This document shows, one piece after another, positions 46,565 to 56,036 of a stretch of 64,000 bases of DNA. The stretch is taken from positions 3,392,011 through 3,456,010 of the forward strand of contig OZ220692.1 of assembly GCA_965116485.1 (NCBI GenBank), in the 5' to 3' direction. This DNA comes from Acidimicrobiales bacterium. Lineage in GTDB: Bacteria > Actinomycetota > Acidimicrobiia > Acidimicrobiales > Aldehydirespiratoraceae. A program made the translations under genes and the position numbers. Every line of letters begins with the position of its first letter. Position 1 is the first letter of the stretch. The notes below the pieces were generated by a model, which was given only the letters and a program-made list of their open reading frames with translations, did no database searches and was not told the DNA's origin.

Positions 46565-47839
46565 GTGGACGCCTATCTGCCTCGCATCGTCGACACGGAA
46601 CTGGACATGCTCACCGAGGGCCTGCCCGCAGTGGTCATTGAGGGGCCGCGTGCTGTGGGCAAGACCGAGACAGCCCTCCGGCGCGCCCGTACGGTTCACC
46701 GGCTCGACGACGGCAGGCAACTGGCCATCGTGCGGGGCGATCCCGAACGCCTGCTCGTAGGCGAACCACCGATCCTGATCGACGAATGGCAGCGCTACCC
46801 CGACTCGTGGGACATGGTCCGGCGCCGCGTCGATGCTGGTCCTGGCACGGCGCGATTCCTGCTCACCGGCTCAGCCGCTCCCGCAACGCCGCCGACGCAC
46901 TCAGGCGCCGGCCGGATCGTCACGCTGCGGATGCGTCCGATGGCGCTTGCCGAGCGGAACCGGGCGGAACCGACGGTCAGCCTGAGCGAACTGTTGAGCG
47001 GCGCACGGCCACCGCTGACAGGCACGTCGGACATGAAGCTCTCCGATTACGCACTCGAGATCGAGCGGTCGGGCTTTCCCGCCATCCGCGAACTCGACCG
47101 CGGTCTGCGGCAACGCCAGATCGACAGCTATCTCGACCACACGGTCGAACACGACATCGACGAGCTCGGCAGTGGCGTGCGAGACCGCGCATCTCTGCGC
47201 CGCTGGCTGGAGGCCTTCGCAGCCGCCACCGCCACGACCGCCGCCTACACCTCGATTCGCGACGCAGCGACGCCCGGTACAGGCGACCCGCCGTCCATGA
47301 CCACAGCGGCCGTGTACCGGAGAGTCATGGAGCAGATGTGGATTATCGAGGAACTGCCGGCCTGGCTGCCCACTCGCAGTCGATTGCGCCGCTTGGCCGC
47401 TTCGCCGAAACACCATCTCACCGACCCCGCGCTCGCCATGAGCAGCCTGGGCATCGATGCCGAGGCCCTGCTCGACGGCATCACCACACCGCAGATCAGC
47501 CAGCGCGACGGCCCGCTGTTGGGCAACCTGTTCGAATCGCTGATGGCCCAGTCGGTCCGCGTCTACGCGCAGGCGGCACGAGCCCGTGTCTCGCATCTGC
47601 GCACGCGAGGCGGCGAACACGAGGTGGACCTGATCGTCGAACGTCGAGACGGCAGAGTCGTCGCGTTGGAGGTGAAGCTCACTGCCACCGTCGACGACGA
47701 TGACGTGCGGCACCTGCGCTGGCTCGCGGACCGGATCGGCGACAACCTGCTCGACGCCGCGGTCATCAGCACCGGCCACGAGGCCTACCGCCGACAGGAC
47801 GGAATCGGAGTCATCCCCGCCGCGCTGCTCGGCGCGTGA
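46565..47839 (+). CDS. AAA_14 ATPase-DUF4143 protein with C-terminal PD-(D/E)xK-like motif
   Basis: YLPRIVD, GPRAVGKT, LIDEWQ, FLLTGS, HSGAGR, GFP, GNLFES, EVDLIVE...LEVK. GTG start 7 nt after a TAGACT -10 (ATG 46547 is an alternative). Confidence 0.9.
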   Translation: MDAYLPRIVDTELDMLTEGLPAVVIEGPRAVGKTETALRRARTVHRLDDGRQLAIVRGDPERLLVGEPPILIDEWQRYPDSWDMVRRRVDAGPGTARFLLTGSAAPATPPTHSGAGRIVTLRMRPMALAERNRAEPTVSLSELLSGARPPLTGTSDMKLSDYALEIERSGFPAIRELDRGLRQRQIDSYLDHTVEHDIDELGSGVRDRASLRRWLEAFAAATATTAAYTSIRDAATPGTGDPPSMTTAAVYRRVMEQMWIIEELPAWLPTRSRLRRLAASPKHHLTDPALAMSSLGIDAEALLDGITTPQISQRDGPLLGNLFESLMAQSVRVYAQAARARVSHLRTRGGEHEVDLIVERRDGRVVALEVKLTATVDDDDVRHLRWLADRIGDNLLDAAVISTGHEAYRRQDGIGVIPAALLGA

Positions 47840-48006
47840 GCCCCACACACAAGATGTCTTCCGTCATGGCATCACGCCGAACCGCCGAGCCGCCGTGAGC
47901 CGCGAAACTGCTGTGGAACGCGCGCCGAACTAAGCGCCTACGCCGAGTGTCGAGCGAACAGGGGAAAACCCAGAGGGCCGCTTCAAACTGTCGGATCTGC
48001 ACGTGT

Positions 48007-49197
48007 TCAGGTTGCGTTGCCGCCGTCGGGTGCGGCGGCTGTGGTTCGGGTTCTGGCGCGGGTGAGGAGGTGTTGGATGAAAGCGGGATCGTGGACTCCG
48101 AGTTCGGGAACTGAAGCATCCACCTCACCGATCCCGCTGATGTTGAACGGCGAGCGATACACCTCTGCGGTGCCGGTGGGCGTGGTCACGGTCATGAACC
48201 TGTCCCTGGCCCGAAGCTGTTCGTGCCGCCACAGCGAGTGCGGGTCACGAACCGAGCTGTGGGTCACACGACCCCGTTCGAACCGTTTGTGCAGTTCCTC
48301 AGGCGAGAGCGTCGCAAACACGCGGTTGATCAATGCTTCGAGATCGTCGATGTTGGCGACTCGGTCGACATTGTCCAAGAACCGCGGGTCCTCACCAAGA
48401 CTCTGGTCACCGAGCACATGGGTGGCGAAAGACACCCATTCCCGGTTGCTCTGAACGCCGATCATGACGGTCTCGCCATTGCTCATCCGATACAGGCCAT
48501 AGGGCGCGATCATCGTGTGCCGATGGCCCGCTCTCGGCGGAATCACCCCGGTGCCCACTGCCGCGAAGGTCGGGGCCGAAGTCCATTCCGCGAGGCTCTC
48601 GAGCATCGACACCTCGATCGTGGCCCCCTCGCCCGTCGTCTGCCTGCGGTACAGAGCAGCCAGAATCGACGAGAACGCGTACATGGCCGCTGACACGTCC
48701 GCCACCGAGAACCCCACTTTGCAGGCTTGCTCGACAGTCCCGGTGAGGGCGACCGCACCGGCTTCTGCCTGCACCGCGAGGTCATATGCCTTGTCATCGG
48801 TTCTAGGCCCGCCGAGTCCATACCCTGAGACGTCGCAGGCGATCAGTTCGGGATTCTTCGCTCTCAACTGGTCTGCAAGGATGCCGGCGCGCTGAGCCGC
48901 TGCGGGCGAGAGGTTCTGAATGAAGACATCGGCGCCGGCCACCAACTGGTCGAACGTCGACCGCTGCTGCGGATCCTTCAGGTTCAGTTCGATGCTCTGC
49001 TTTCCGCGGTTGGACCAGACGAAGAACGCCGACGTGCCGCCCATCGCGGAGTCGTAGTCACGCGCGAAGTCGCCCTCACCGGGCCGCTCGACCTTGAGCA
49101 CCGCGGCTCCGAGATCAGCCAATTGACGAGTGGCGAAAGGTGCCGCAACCGCCTGTTCGAGGGCTACGACGGCGACCCCGTCGAGCGGTCTATCCAC
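48007..49197 (-). CDS. CaiB/BaiF family CoA-transferase
   Basis: PLDG, QAVAAPFATRQLADLGA, KVERPG.GD.AR, NRGKQS, YDLAVQA. Confidence 0.92.
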   Translation of the reverse strand: MDRPLDGVAVVALEQAVAAPFATRQLADLGAAVLKVERPGEGDFARDYDSAMGGTSAFFVWSNRGKQSIELNLKDPQQRSTFDQLVAGADVFIQNLSPAAAQRAGILADQLRAKNPELIACDVSGYGLGGPRTDDKAYDLAVQAEAGAVALTGTVEQACKVGFSVADVSAAMYAFSSILAALYRRQTTGEGATIEVSMLESLAEWTSAPTFAAVGTGVIPPRAGHRHTMIAPYGLYRMSNGETVMIGVQSNREWVSFATHVLGDQSLGEDPRFLDNVDRVANIDDLEALINRVFATLSPEELHKRFERGRVTHSSVRDPHSLWRHEQLRARDRFMTVTTPTGTAEVYRSPFNISGIGEVDASVPELGVHDPAFIQHLLTRARTRTTAAAPDGGNAT

Positions 49198-49900
49198 GCC
49201 CGGCGGCCTCGACAAGCCAACTGAAAATGGGGTCAGTATCACGAGTGGGCATCATCTCGGGGTGCCACTGCACACAGAGGATCGGCAGGCTCGTGTGCTC
49301 CAACCCCTCAGCCACTCCATCATCTGCCCAGGCGGTCACGCGGAGATCGGTGCCTGCCACGTCGACCGCCTGATGATGCAGGGAGTTGACCCACGCAGTG
49401 GGGCCATACAGTTCTCGCAGAATCGAACCCGCCTCGAAGCGGATCTCATGAAGTTCGGTCTCGGCCGGCATGTCGAAAGCCGAATGCGGTGGCACATCCT
49501 GGTGCAGCGTCCCACCAGCGCCCACGTTGACCACCTGTTGACCGCGACATATCCCAAGGACCGGTATCTCGCGTTCTACCGCTCCGCTGTACAGGCCGAG
49601 TTCGAGTTCGTCACGCTCCGGTTCCGGAGGGTAGATGTCGGTCTCGGTCTCGGCGCCGTACCGCCACGGATCGATGTCGGTGCCTCCGGGAAGGAGCAGT
49701 CCGTCGAGACGCTCGACGATCAGCAACGGATCGATGTCGATGGGCAGATGCAGCGGCAAGCCACCAGCGGCAATCACGGCCTGCGCGTATGCGGACATGT
49801 AGATGTCCACCTGCGTGTCGCCGAAACTCTCCGGAATCCCGCGAATGTCACTTCCGGTCTTGACACGGCCGGGAAGCCCGATCAGTGGACGGGTGGTCAT
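49190..49900 (-). CDS. Gamma-glutamyl-gamma-aminobutyrate hydrolase family (peptidase C26, PuuD-like)
   Basis: RPLIG, LDGLLLPGG.DIDP..YG, RDELE, PVLGICRG, VNSLHHQAV, VQWHPE. Confidence 0.9.
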   Translation of the reverse strand: MTTRPLIGLPGRVKTGSDIRGIPESFGDTQVDIYMSAYAQAVIAAGGLPLHLPIDIDPLLIVERLDGLLLPGGTDIDPWRYGAETETDIYPPEPERDELELGLYSGAVEREIPVLGICRGQQVVNVGAGGTLHQDVPPHSAFDMPAETELHEIRFEAGSILRELYGPTAWVNSLHHQAVDVAGTDLRVTAWADDGVAEGLEHTSLPILCVQWHPEMMPTRDTDPIFSWLVEAAGRG

Positions 49901-50000
49901 GTTGTTCGCTCCAAGATTCGTTAGGCACCAAACGGTAGCGAGAAAGGCGTGCACTACCATATGCAGGACCGCCACGCGCCCAAGCATCTCGGGGTTGACC

Positions 50001-50230
50001 ATGCCGTGCAGTCCAGAAATCACCTTGGCAGAACTCGAAAAAGACCCCGATCCGATCCTCGCCCGACTGCGCGCAGCCGAACCGGTGAGTTGGTCCGGTC
50101 CCTTGGAGATGTGGCTGGTCACACGCTGGGACGATGTGATGGAGATGGAAGCACACCCGGAACTGTTCTCCGCAGCCCGCTCGCGGTCAATGTCCTCACC
50201 AGCGCGACCATCCACGGCCCTTGTCGGTCA
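50001..50230 (+). pseudogene. Cytochrome P450 N-terminal remnant
   Basis: ITLAELEKDPDPILARLRAAEPVSW....MWLVTRWDDV....HPELFSA. The sequence then degenerates and meets the convergent gene. No heme motif. Confidence 0.7.
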
Positions 50231-50941
50231 GCGCTGCGACTGCTCCAGGAACCAGTCAACTAGGGCGTGGCACTGTTTAGTGTTGCGCGTTTCGTGGTGA
50301 TGCATCTCGGCCATCATCTGTTCGCGGTCGAGGTTCAACGAGGCGAGGTACTCTTCGGCAGATCCTGCCAGGAAACCTGCCACGTGGCCCGGGTCGACCT
50401 CGGGGTGGAACTGGGTGCCAACCGAGCGACCGATTCGGAAGAGTTGGAGGGCGTTCTCGTTGACGGCCAGAACTTCAGCCCCGGGCGGCACGGTGAAACG
50501 GTCATGATGCCATTCGAACCAAGGCCCGGGACCGACTGGATTCTCGACCCCGTCCACCGCAGCGATCTCATACCAGCCGATCTCAGTCACCGGCGACACC
50601 TCCACCGAACCACCCAGCGCTTCGGCCAGCAACTGCCCCCCGAAGCACACCCCGAGGATCGGCGTGCCGCGCTCGTGAGCAGTTCTCAACAACTCGAGTT
50701 CGGTGTAGATCCAGTTGGAGACCTCGTCCTTGTTGGTGAGTGAGCGGATCGAGCCCATGGGCACGATGATGTCGTAGTCCTCGAAGTCCGGCCAGGGGGC
50801 GGGATCGTTGGGACGCTCATAGTCGTCGGTGACGACATGGTTGTGAACATCCCAGCCAAGTTCACTGAGCCTCACTTCAATCTGGCAGCCGACACCGTCG
50901 GGTTCGTGCACGATGATGAGTGCTTGCGGAACTGTTCTCAC
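50228..50941 (-). CDS. Type 1 glutamine amidotransferase-like protein
   Basis: PILGVCFGGQLLA.ALGG, EIGW, WHHD, QFHPE (Cys-His-Glu triad). Confidence 0.9.
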   Translation of the reverse strand: MRTVPQALIIVHEPDGVGCQIEVRLSELGWDVHNHVVTDDYERPNDPAPWPDFEDYDIIVPMGSIRSLTNKDEVSNWIYTELELLRTAHERGTPILGVCFGGQLLAEALGGSVEVSPVTEIGWYEIAAVDGVENPVGPGPWFEWHHDRFTVPPGAEVLAVNENALQLFRIGRSVGTQFHPEVDPGHVAGFLAGSAEEYLASLNLDREQMMAEMHHHETRNTKQCHALVDWFLEQSQR

Positions 50942-51798
50942 AGGTCAAACCATATGTGGACTTGGCCGGTACCGGACACAGATTCGTATTCGCCGAACTG
51001 AGTCCCGCGAGCCGTGCAGCCCGCCGCCCCGAGTGCACCGACCATTGTCAGATAGTGCCCGAAATAGCCTTCGGGCGCGTGGCGCAGGTACTCGGGTACG
51101 AAGTCGAGCACCGCGGCATGGTTGCCGGCTTTGAGCCATTCAATGACCTGACGGTCAGCAGCCGCGGCTTGCGGCGTTCGAATATGGCGGTCGGGGTCGG
51201 CGGCCTCGTGCGTGCGGAACTCGCGCAACGGCCAGAAACGGTGACTGAGTCCCCCGCTGGCCAGTACCACCACCCTCCGGTCGATGCTGTCGACCGCGGC
51301 AGCGAGCAACTCGCCGAACAGCAGAAAGTCCTGGGTATCGGCGGTCTGGCAGACGCCTGCTGAGACCCATCGCTCATCTGCTTGGAGGAACTCGAGCAGG
51401 TTGACAGTGGGATAGTGGATCGGCAGATGAGGATCGTCGATGGCTGTTATCCAGGTGTCCTCGCGGTCATCGGCACATACGGCCCAGGCCTGGGCCAACT
51501 CGGGATCACCAACGATCTTGTAGGGCATCTGCGCCATTCCCCGTGGCAGTTCATCGGAGGTGAAGAGCCCCTGCCTGACGTCGTGGGAACTGACAATGTG
51601 TTCGATCGTGGTGAACCAGTGGGTGTCGATCACCACCACGGTGTCCGGTTCTGCAGGCCACAACTTCTCGGCCGCAAGCTGATGGAGACCGGCGAACAGC
51701 GTCGTGTCCTCCCCGTTGTTCATGGCTCGTCGCTCGGTTTCGGGCATCACCAACGGCGGGACGTGCGATACCAGAGCGGCGCCGACTATTTCTCCCAT
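50938..51798 (-). CDS. LigB-type extradiol ring-cleavage dioxygenase (HpaD-like)
   Basis: MGEIVGAA..SHVP, DTHW, FTSDELP, GDPELA, LASGGLSH.FWP, YE...GTGQ. Confidence 0.85.
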   Translation of the reverse strand: MGEIVGAALVSHVPPLVMPETERRAMNNGEDTTLFAGLHQLAAEKLWPAEPDTVVVIDTHWFTTIEHIVSSHDVRQGLFTSDELPRGMAQMPYKIVGDPELAQAWAVCADDREDTWITAIDDPHLPIHYPTVNLLEFLQADERWVSAGVCQTADTQDFLLFGELLAAAVDSIDRRVVVLASGGLSHRFWPLREFRTHEAADPDRHIRTPQAAAADRQVIEWLKAGNHAAVLDFVPEYLRHAPEGYFGHYLTMVGALGAAGCTARGTQFGEYESVSGTGQVHIWFDL

Positions 51799-51832
51799 GC
51801 TGTTGCCTTCGTTCGTGGATGTCTTTGCATTC

Positions 51833-53104
51833 TCAGACGACCTTCACGGGCAGCCGCTTTATTCCGGAGATGAAGTTGGATCGCAGTCGCTCGATCGGCC
51901 CGGCGGGTTCGAGGCGGTCGATGCGTTTCATGAGCTCTTCAAAAACCAGTCTGACCTCCATCCGGGCCAACCAGGCTCCAAGGCAGAAGTGGGGACCGTT
52001 GCGGCCGAAGGCCATGTGATCGTTCTTCTCTCGGGCGAGGTCGAACCGGAAGGGGATCGGAAACCCTTCTGCGTCGTGGTTGGCGGAATTGAACCAGATC
52101 ACAACCTTGTCGCCGGCTTTGATCCTGCGGTCCCGCATCTCAATGTCACGAGTGGCGGTTCGACGAAAGTGCATCGTGACAGAACTGGTACGCAGAACTT
52201 CTTCCACGCCCGGCAACATCAGCTCCGGGCGTTCACGCAGAGTGTTCCACAACTGGGGATGGTTCATCATGTTCCACACACCGTGGGTCATCGTGTAGCG
52301 GGTGGTGTCGTTGCCGGCAGCGACCAGCAGGGTGAAGAAGTTGTTGAACTCGAGATCGCTGAGCGGGTCGCCGTCGCGGGTCGGTTCGAGCAGTTTGGTG
52401 ATGATGTCGTCGCGGGGACAGCTGCGTCGATCCTCGGCCTGCTCTTGAGCGAATTGGAAGATCTCCAGCGCGGCAGGGCTGCGAAATGGGACCATTCGGA
52501 ACTGTTCGGTGTCGGTGAGGTCTACGGGGAAATCGGTGAAATCCGGGTCGGTGTTCCCCAGCAGTGCGTCTCCCCATGCCACCAGTTGGTGGCCGTGTTC
52601 GTCGCTGGTGCCGAGCAGCCGTCCGAGCATCCGCATCGGCAGCTGCTCTGAGATTTCGGCGACGAAGTCGAACTCGCCCTTGGGGAGCGCGGCTTCCGCG
52701 ACTTCAGCGGCAAGTTGGCGGATCACATCTTCGAACGTGTCGACTGTGCGCCTCGTGAAACCCTTGTTGACGAGCCGCCGGTAGCGGGTGTGCTCGGGCG
52801 GGTCGAGTTCCATCATCGTGCGCCTTGCGTGGAGCTGCTCCTCGTCCATCTCCTCGAGCCGGATGCCCGCAGTCGAGGTGAAGGTGTCGTAGTCACGGCT
52901 CACCGAGAGGGCGTCGTCATAGCGCAGAATCGACCAGAATCCCGACCCGTCGGCCTCTTCGGTCCAGTGGACCGGGTCGATCGAGCGGAGACGGTTGAAG
53001 GTGGCGTGGGGAACACCGTTCGTATAGGTGTCGTGGCTGGTGATGTCGGCATCGTCCGGACCCAGGTCGGTCAGGTAGTCGTCGACGAAGGTCATGGCAT
53101 TCAT
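51833..53104 (-). CDS. Cytochrome P450
   Basis: DPPEHTRYR, AGNDTT, EEVLR, SANHD, heme motif FGRNGPHFCLG. Confidence 0.95.
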   Translation of the reverse strand: MNAMTFVDDYLTDLGPDDADITSHDTYTNGVPHATFNRLRSIDPVHWTEEADGSGFWSILRYDDALSVSRDYDTFTSTAGIRLEEMDEEQLHARRTMMELDPPEHTRYRRLVNKGFTRRTVDTFEDVIRQLAAEVAEAALPKGEFDFVAEISEQLPMRMLGRLLGTSDEHGHQLVAWGDALLGNTDPDFTDFPVDLTDTEQFRMVPFRSPAALEIFQFAQEQAEDRRSCPRDDIITKLLEPTRDGDPLSDLEFNNFFTLLVAAGNDTTRYTMTHGVWNMMNHPQLWNTLRERPELMLPGVEEVLRTSSVTMHFRRTATRDIEMRDRRIKAGDKVVIWFNSANHDAEGFPIPFRFDLAREKNDHMAFGRNGPHFCLGAWLARMEVRLVFEELMKRIDRLEPAGPIERLRSNFISGIKRLPVKVV

Positions 53105-53913
53105 TTCGCCATCGGGTTGCCGGCTGCCCACAGGGTTGTCCCCCCGGCCATGGAGTTGCCCACCTGCCGGTAGTAGCCGTCGATGATCTCGAAGGGTTTC
53201 AGACGATCGAGCTCCTCGGTCGGATTGTCGTGTATCTGCAGTTGGGCATCGCCCGCGTAGACGGGGCCCAGTTCAACATCGAAGCCGCGCATGGTGACCA
53301 GTTCGTCGAGCGAGTCGCGTCCGTCCATCTCGATTGCGGGCATCTGTCTGCTGTGCAGCATTGGGTGAGCGTTGACGAACCCGGGGGTTTCAGCGGTGCC
53401 GGTGATGGTGAAGACAGCGTCGGCTATGCGCCTGCCCCAAGTGCTCACGGTGGCACCGAACCGCCCACCGGGCTCCAGACGAGGGCCGGCTCTCCCGACG
53501 CTCACCGCACGGGTCATCCAGATCTCGCTGAGTTTCTTGGGGTAACCCTGCACGACGCCCCGCGCCATCGCGAAGTCCTTATCGACCCAGATGTAGGCAG
53601 CTCGGCTGTAGGTCTTGTCTTGATACTGGCAGCGCACGACCAAGAACACCTCCTTGTACTGGGCCCGGGCCGGGTCGAGAAGTTCTTCGAAGCTGTCGCT
53701 GCAACTCTGCCATTCCGCCCAGATCAGCGCGACTGCGCCGGGATCGGTGTCGGCCAGCTCCAGAGGCGCGGGCAGAAGTTCGGCCACGTTGGCCGGATCG
53801 GTGCGGAATTCGATGGTGAGCATGTCGCCCGAGTAGTGCCACGGGGGACCCGGGAGTATCCCTGCGGCGCCCGTCGGTGTGCGCGGGTACATGAACCCTT
53901 GCAGTTCGGTCAT
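53101..53913 (-). CDS. Acetoacetate decarboxylase family protein
   Basis: PPWHY, YIWVD, RG..QGYPKK (Schiff-base Lys). Confidence 0.88.
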   Translation of the reverse strand: MTELQGFMYPRTPTGAAGILPGPPWHYSGDMLTIEFRTDPANVAELLPAPLELADTDPGAVALIWAEWQSCSDSFEELLDPARAQYKEVFLVVRCQYQDKTYSRAAYIWVDKDFAMARGVVQGYPKKLSEIWMTRAVSVGRAGPRLEPGGRFGATVSTWGRRIADAVFTITGTAETPGFVNAHPMLHSRQMPAIEMDGRDSLDELVTMRGFDVELGPVYAGDAQLQIHDNPTEELDRLKPFEIIDGYYRQVGNSMAGGTTLWAAGNPMAK

Positions 53914-53924
53914 AGATGAACCAT

Positions 53925-53946
53925 AATCGTTTGGTACCAAATGATT
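53925..53946. promoter_or_regulatory. 22-bp near-perfect palindrome, candidate operator
   Basis: AATCGTTTGGTACCAAATGATT (one mismatched pair) abuts the TATGGT -10 of the leftward operon. Confidence 0.65.
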
Positions 53947-54002
53947 CAACCCGTTCGTAGCTGACCACTGCGTCGGTACTTGCGCTTGGCACGAGATGAA
54001 TA

Positions 54003-54019
54003 TTGTGTATTATATACAA
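54003..54019. promoter_or_regulatory. AT-rich palindrome, candidate GntR operator
   Basis: TTGTGTATTATATACAA upstream of the rightward ABC-GntR operon. Confidence 0.55.
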
Positions 54020-54079
54020 AACACGGGGGAAACGGTCTCCGAGCCGTACACCGATCATCGTCCTAGAGGGGGACTCCAG

Positions 54080-55321
54080 ATGAAACTAAAGACCCTGATC
54101 GCATTGTTCGCGATCTTCACACTGCTTGCCGCGGCCTGCGGCGATGACGACGGTGACGACGCTTCGGTCGACGGCGACGACATGGCCGACGAACCGCATA
54201 TGGCTGACTCAGTCGATATCGACGGCATCCTCGCCGCTGACCTTGCCGACTGTGCCGACGCGCCGAGCGGCGACCCGATCAGGGTCGGTATGGCAATGGA
54301 CTTCAGCGATGTTGTCGGATTCGTCGACATCCCAGGCTCCAAGCTCGTCCCCTTCGTGGCCGACCTCGCAAACTGCGTGGGCGGCGTCAACGGCCGTCCC
54401 GTGGAAGTCCGAGTGGCGGAAGTCGGTGACGACGCCGCTCTCGCCACCGAAGAACTGCTCGACTGGGGCGCCCACTTCTTGATCGGGCCGCCGTTCGCCG
54501 ACTTCGCCCTGCCGATTCTGCAGACCACCGAAGGACAGGTTCCTCTGTTCGTGGCCGCGTCCACCGAGCCGACACTGGCTGACGCCTCGATCAACTCCTA
54601 TCTGGTCACCTTCGACGACCACCAAATGTCGTCAGCAGCTGCCACCTGGGCCCTCGACCAGGGAATCACCAGGGCGATCGTGTTCACCGAAGGCGAAGGC
54701 GTTCCCTACACGGGCGTCAACCCGGATGCCTTTGCCGCGGCTTTCGTCGCAGGCGGCGGCGAAATAGTCAGCACCCAGAACTACGTGTGGGCCGTCGACA
54801 CCGACTTCTCCGCCCAGGTCAACGAGATCGCCGGGATCTCCGACAACACCGAGGTCGTGTTCTCCGCCGCTCTCGGCTTCCAGGTCACCGCTCTGCGCGG
54901 CCAGCTCGAGGGTCAGGGACTCGACGGACTCACCTATATCGGTACCGACGCGCTCGACGCGACGGGAATCCAAGTCGAGGACAACAACGAGGGCATCGCC
55001 CACACGCCGCACACCAGCATCAGCGCAGGCGACCCGATCGACTCGCTGCTCGCCCACTACGAGGCCGTCAACGGGGAGGCGCTTGAGAGCCGTGGCTTCA
55101 TGGCCCTCTACGTCGACTCCATGTTCCTCGGCATCCAGGCAATGCTCGACTGCGGTTGTGATGAACCCGCCCAGATAGGTGAAGCCGTCCAACAGATCTC
55201 TGAATTCCAGGGAATGTCCGGCACGATCACCTACGAGGGCACGAACGGCATTCCGCCCAAGGCAGTCCCGATCAACCGGATCGTCGACGGCGAGGATGTC
55301 CTGGTCGACACTCGAAGCTGA
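54080..55321 (+). CDS. Branched-chain-type ABC transporter substrate-binding lipoprotein
   Basis: Lipobox LAAAC, GGVNGRPVE, TDFSAQV, FQGMSGTITY. Confidence 0.88.
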   Translation: MKLKTLIALFAIFTLLAAACGDDDGDDASVDGDDMADEPHMADSVDIDGILAADLADCADAPSGDPIRVGMAMDFSDVVGFVDIPGSKLVPFVADLANCVGGVNGRPVEVRVAEVGDDAALATEELLDWGAHFLIGPPFADFALPILQTTEGQVPLFVAASTEPTLADASINSYLVTFDDHQMSSAAATWALDQGITRAIVFTEGEGVPYTGVNPDAFAAAFVAGGGEIVSTQNYVWAVDTDFSAQVNEIAGISDNTEVVFSAALGFQVTALRGQLEGQGLDGLTYIGTDALDATGIQVEDNNEGIAHTPHTSISAGDPIDSLLAHYEAVNGEALESRGFMALYVDSMFLGIQAMLDCGCDEPAQIGEAVQQISEFQGMSGTITYEGTNGIPPKAVPINRIVDGEDVLVDTRS

Positions 55322-55328
55322 TCAAACC

Positions 55329-56036
55329 GTGCTCGAAGTGACGGGGTTGACAACCAGGTACGGTGCGATTTCGGCACTTCGAGATGCGACGTTGACCGTC
55401 GGGTCCGGTGAGGTGGTGGGCCTCATCGGGCCCAACGGTGCGGGCAAGACGACGCTGCTCAACTCGATCGCGGGACTCCTGAAGCCGTCAGCGGGCAGAA
55501 TCTCCTTCGAAGGCAGCGACGTCACCGGGCACTCTCCGGAGAAACTCCTGCTCTCGGGACTCGCTCTGGTGCCGGAACACCGCCGGATCTTCACCGACAT
55601 GACTGTGGAGGAGAACCTCAAGATCGGCGGGATCACCCAGCCGGGCGCGAATCGCGCCGAGGACCTCGACGAGATGGCGGAACTCTTCACGGTCCTGCGC
55701 TCGAAGTGGAACACCGCAGCGGGTTTTCTCTCCGGGGGCGAAGCGCAGCAGTTGGCGATCGCCCGAGCCCTGATGTCAAGACCTCGGCTGTTGATGATGG
55801 ACGAACCGTCGCTGGGTCTTGCACCGATACTCGTCGACGCCGTGTTCGAGCTCATTGACTCCCTTCGACAGCAGGGACGAACCCTCTTCGTGGTCGAACA
55901 GAACGCCACCCGAATGCTCGAAATCGCTGACCGGGCCTACGTCCTGCGGAGCGGTGAGATCGTGGCGGAGGGCACCGGCAGCGAGCTGAGCAAGCACGAC
56001 GATCTGTTCGGCACCTTCATCGGCGGTGGCGGATGA
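55329..56036 (+). CDS. ABC transporter ATP-binding protein (LivF-like)
   Basis: GPNGAGKT, LSGGEAQ, MDEPSLGLAP, VEQN. Confidence 0.92.
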   Translation: MLEVTGLTTRYGAISALRDATLTVGSGEVVGLIGPNGAGKTTLLNSIAGLLKPSAGRISFEGSDVTGHSPEKLLLSGLALVPEHRRIFTDMTVEENLKIGGITQPGANRAEDLDEMAELFTVLRSKWNTAAGFLSGGEAQQLAIARALMSRPRLLMMDEPSLGLAPILVDAVFELIDSLRQQGRTLFVVEQNATRMLEIADRAYVLRSGEIVAEGTGSELSKHDDLFGTFIGGGG

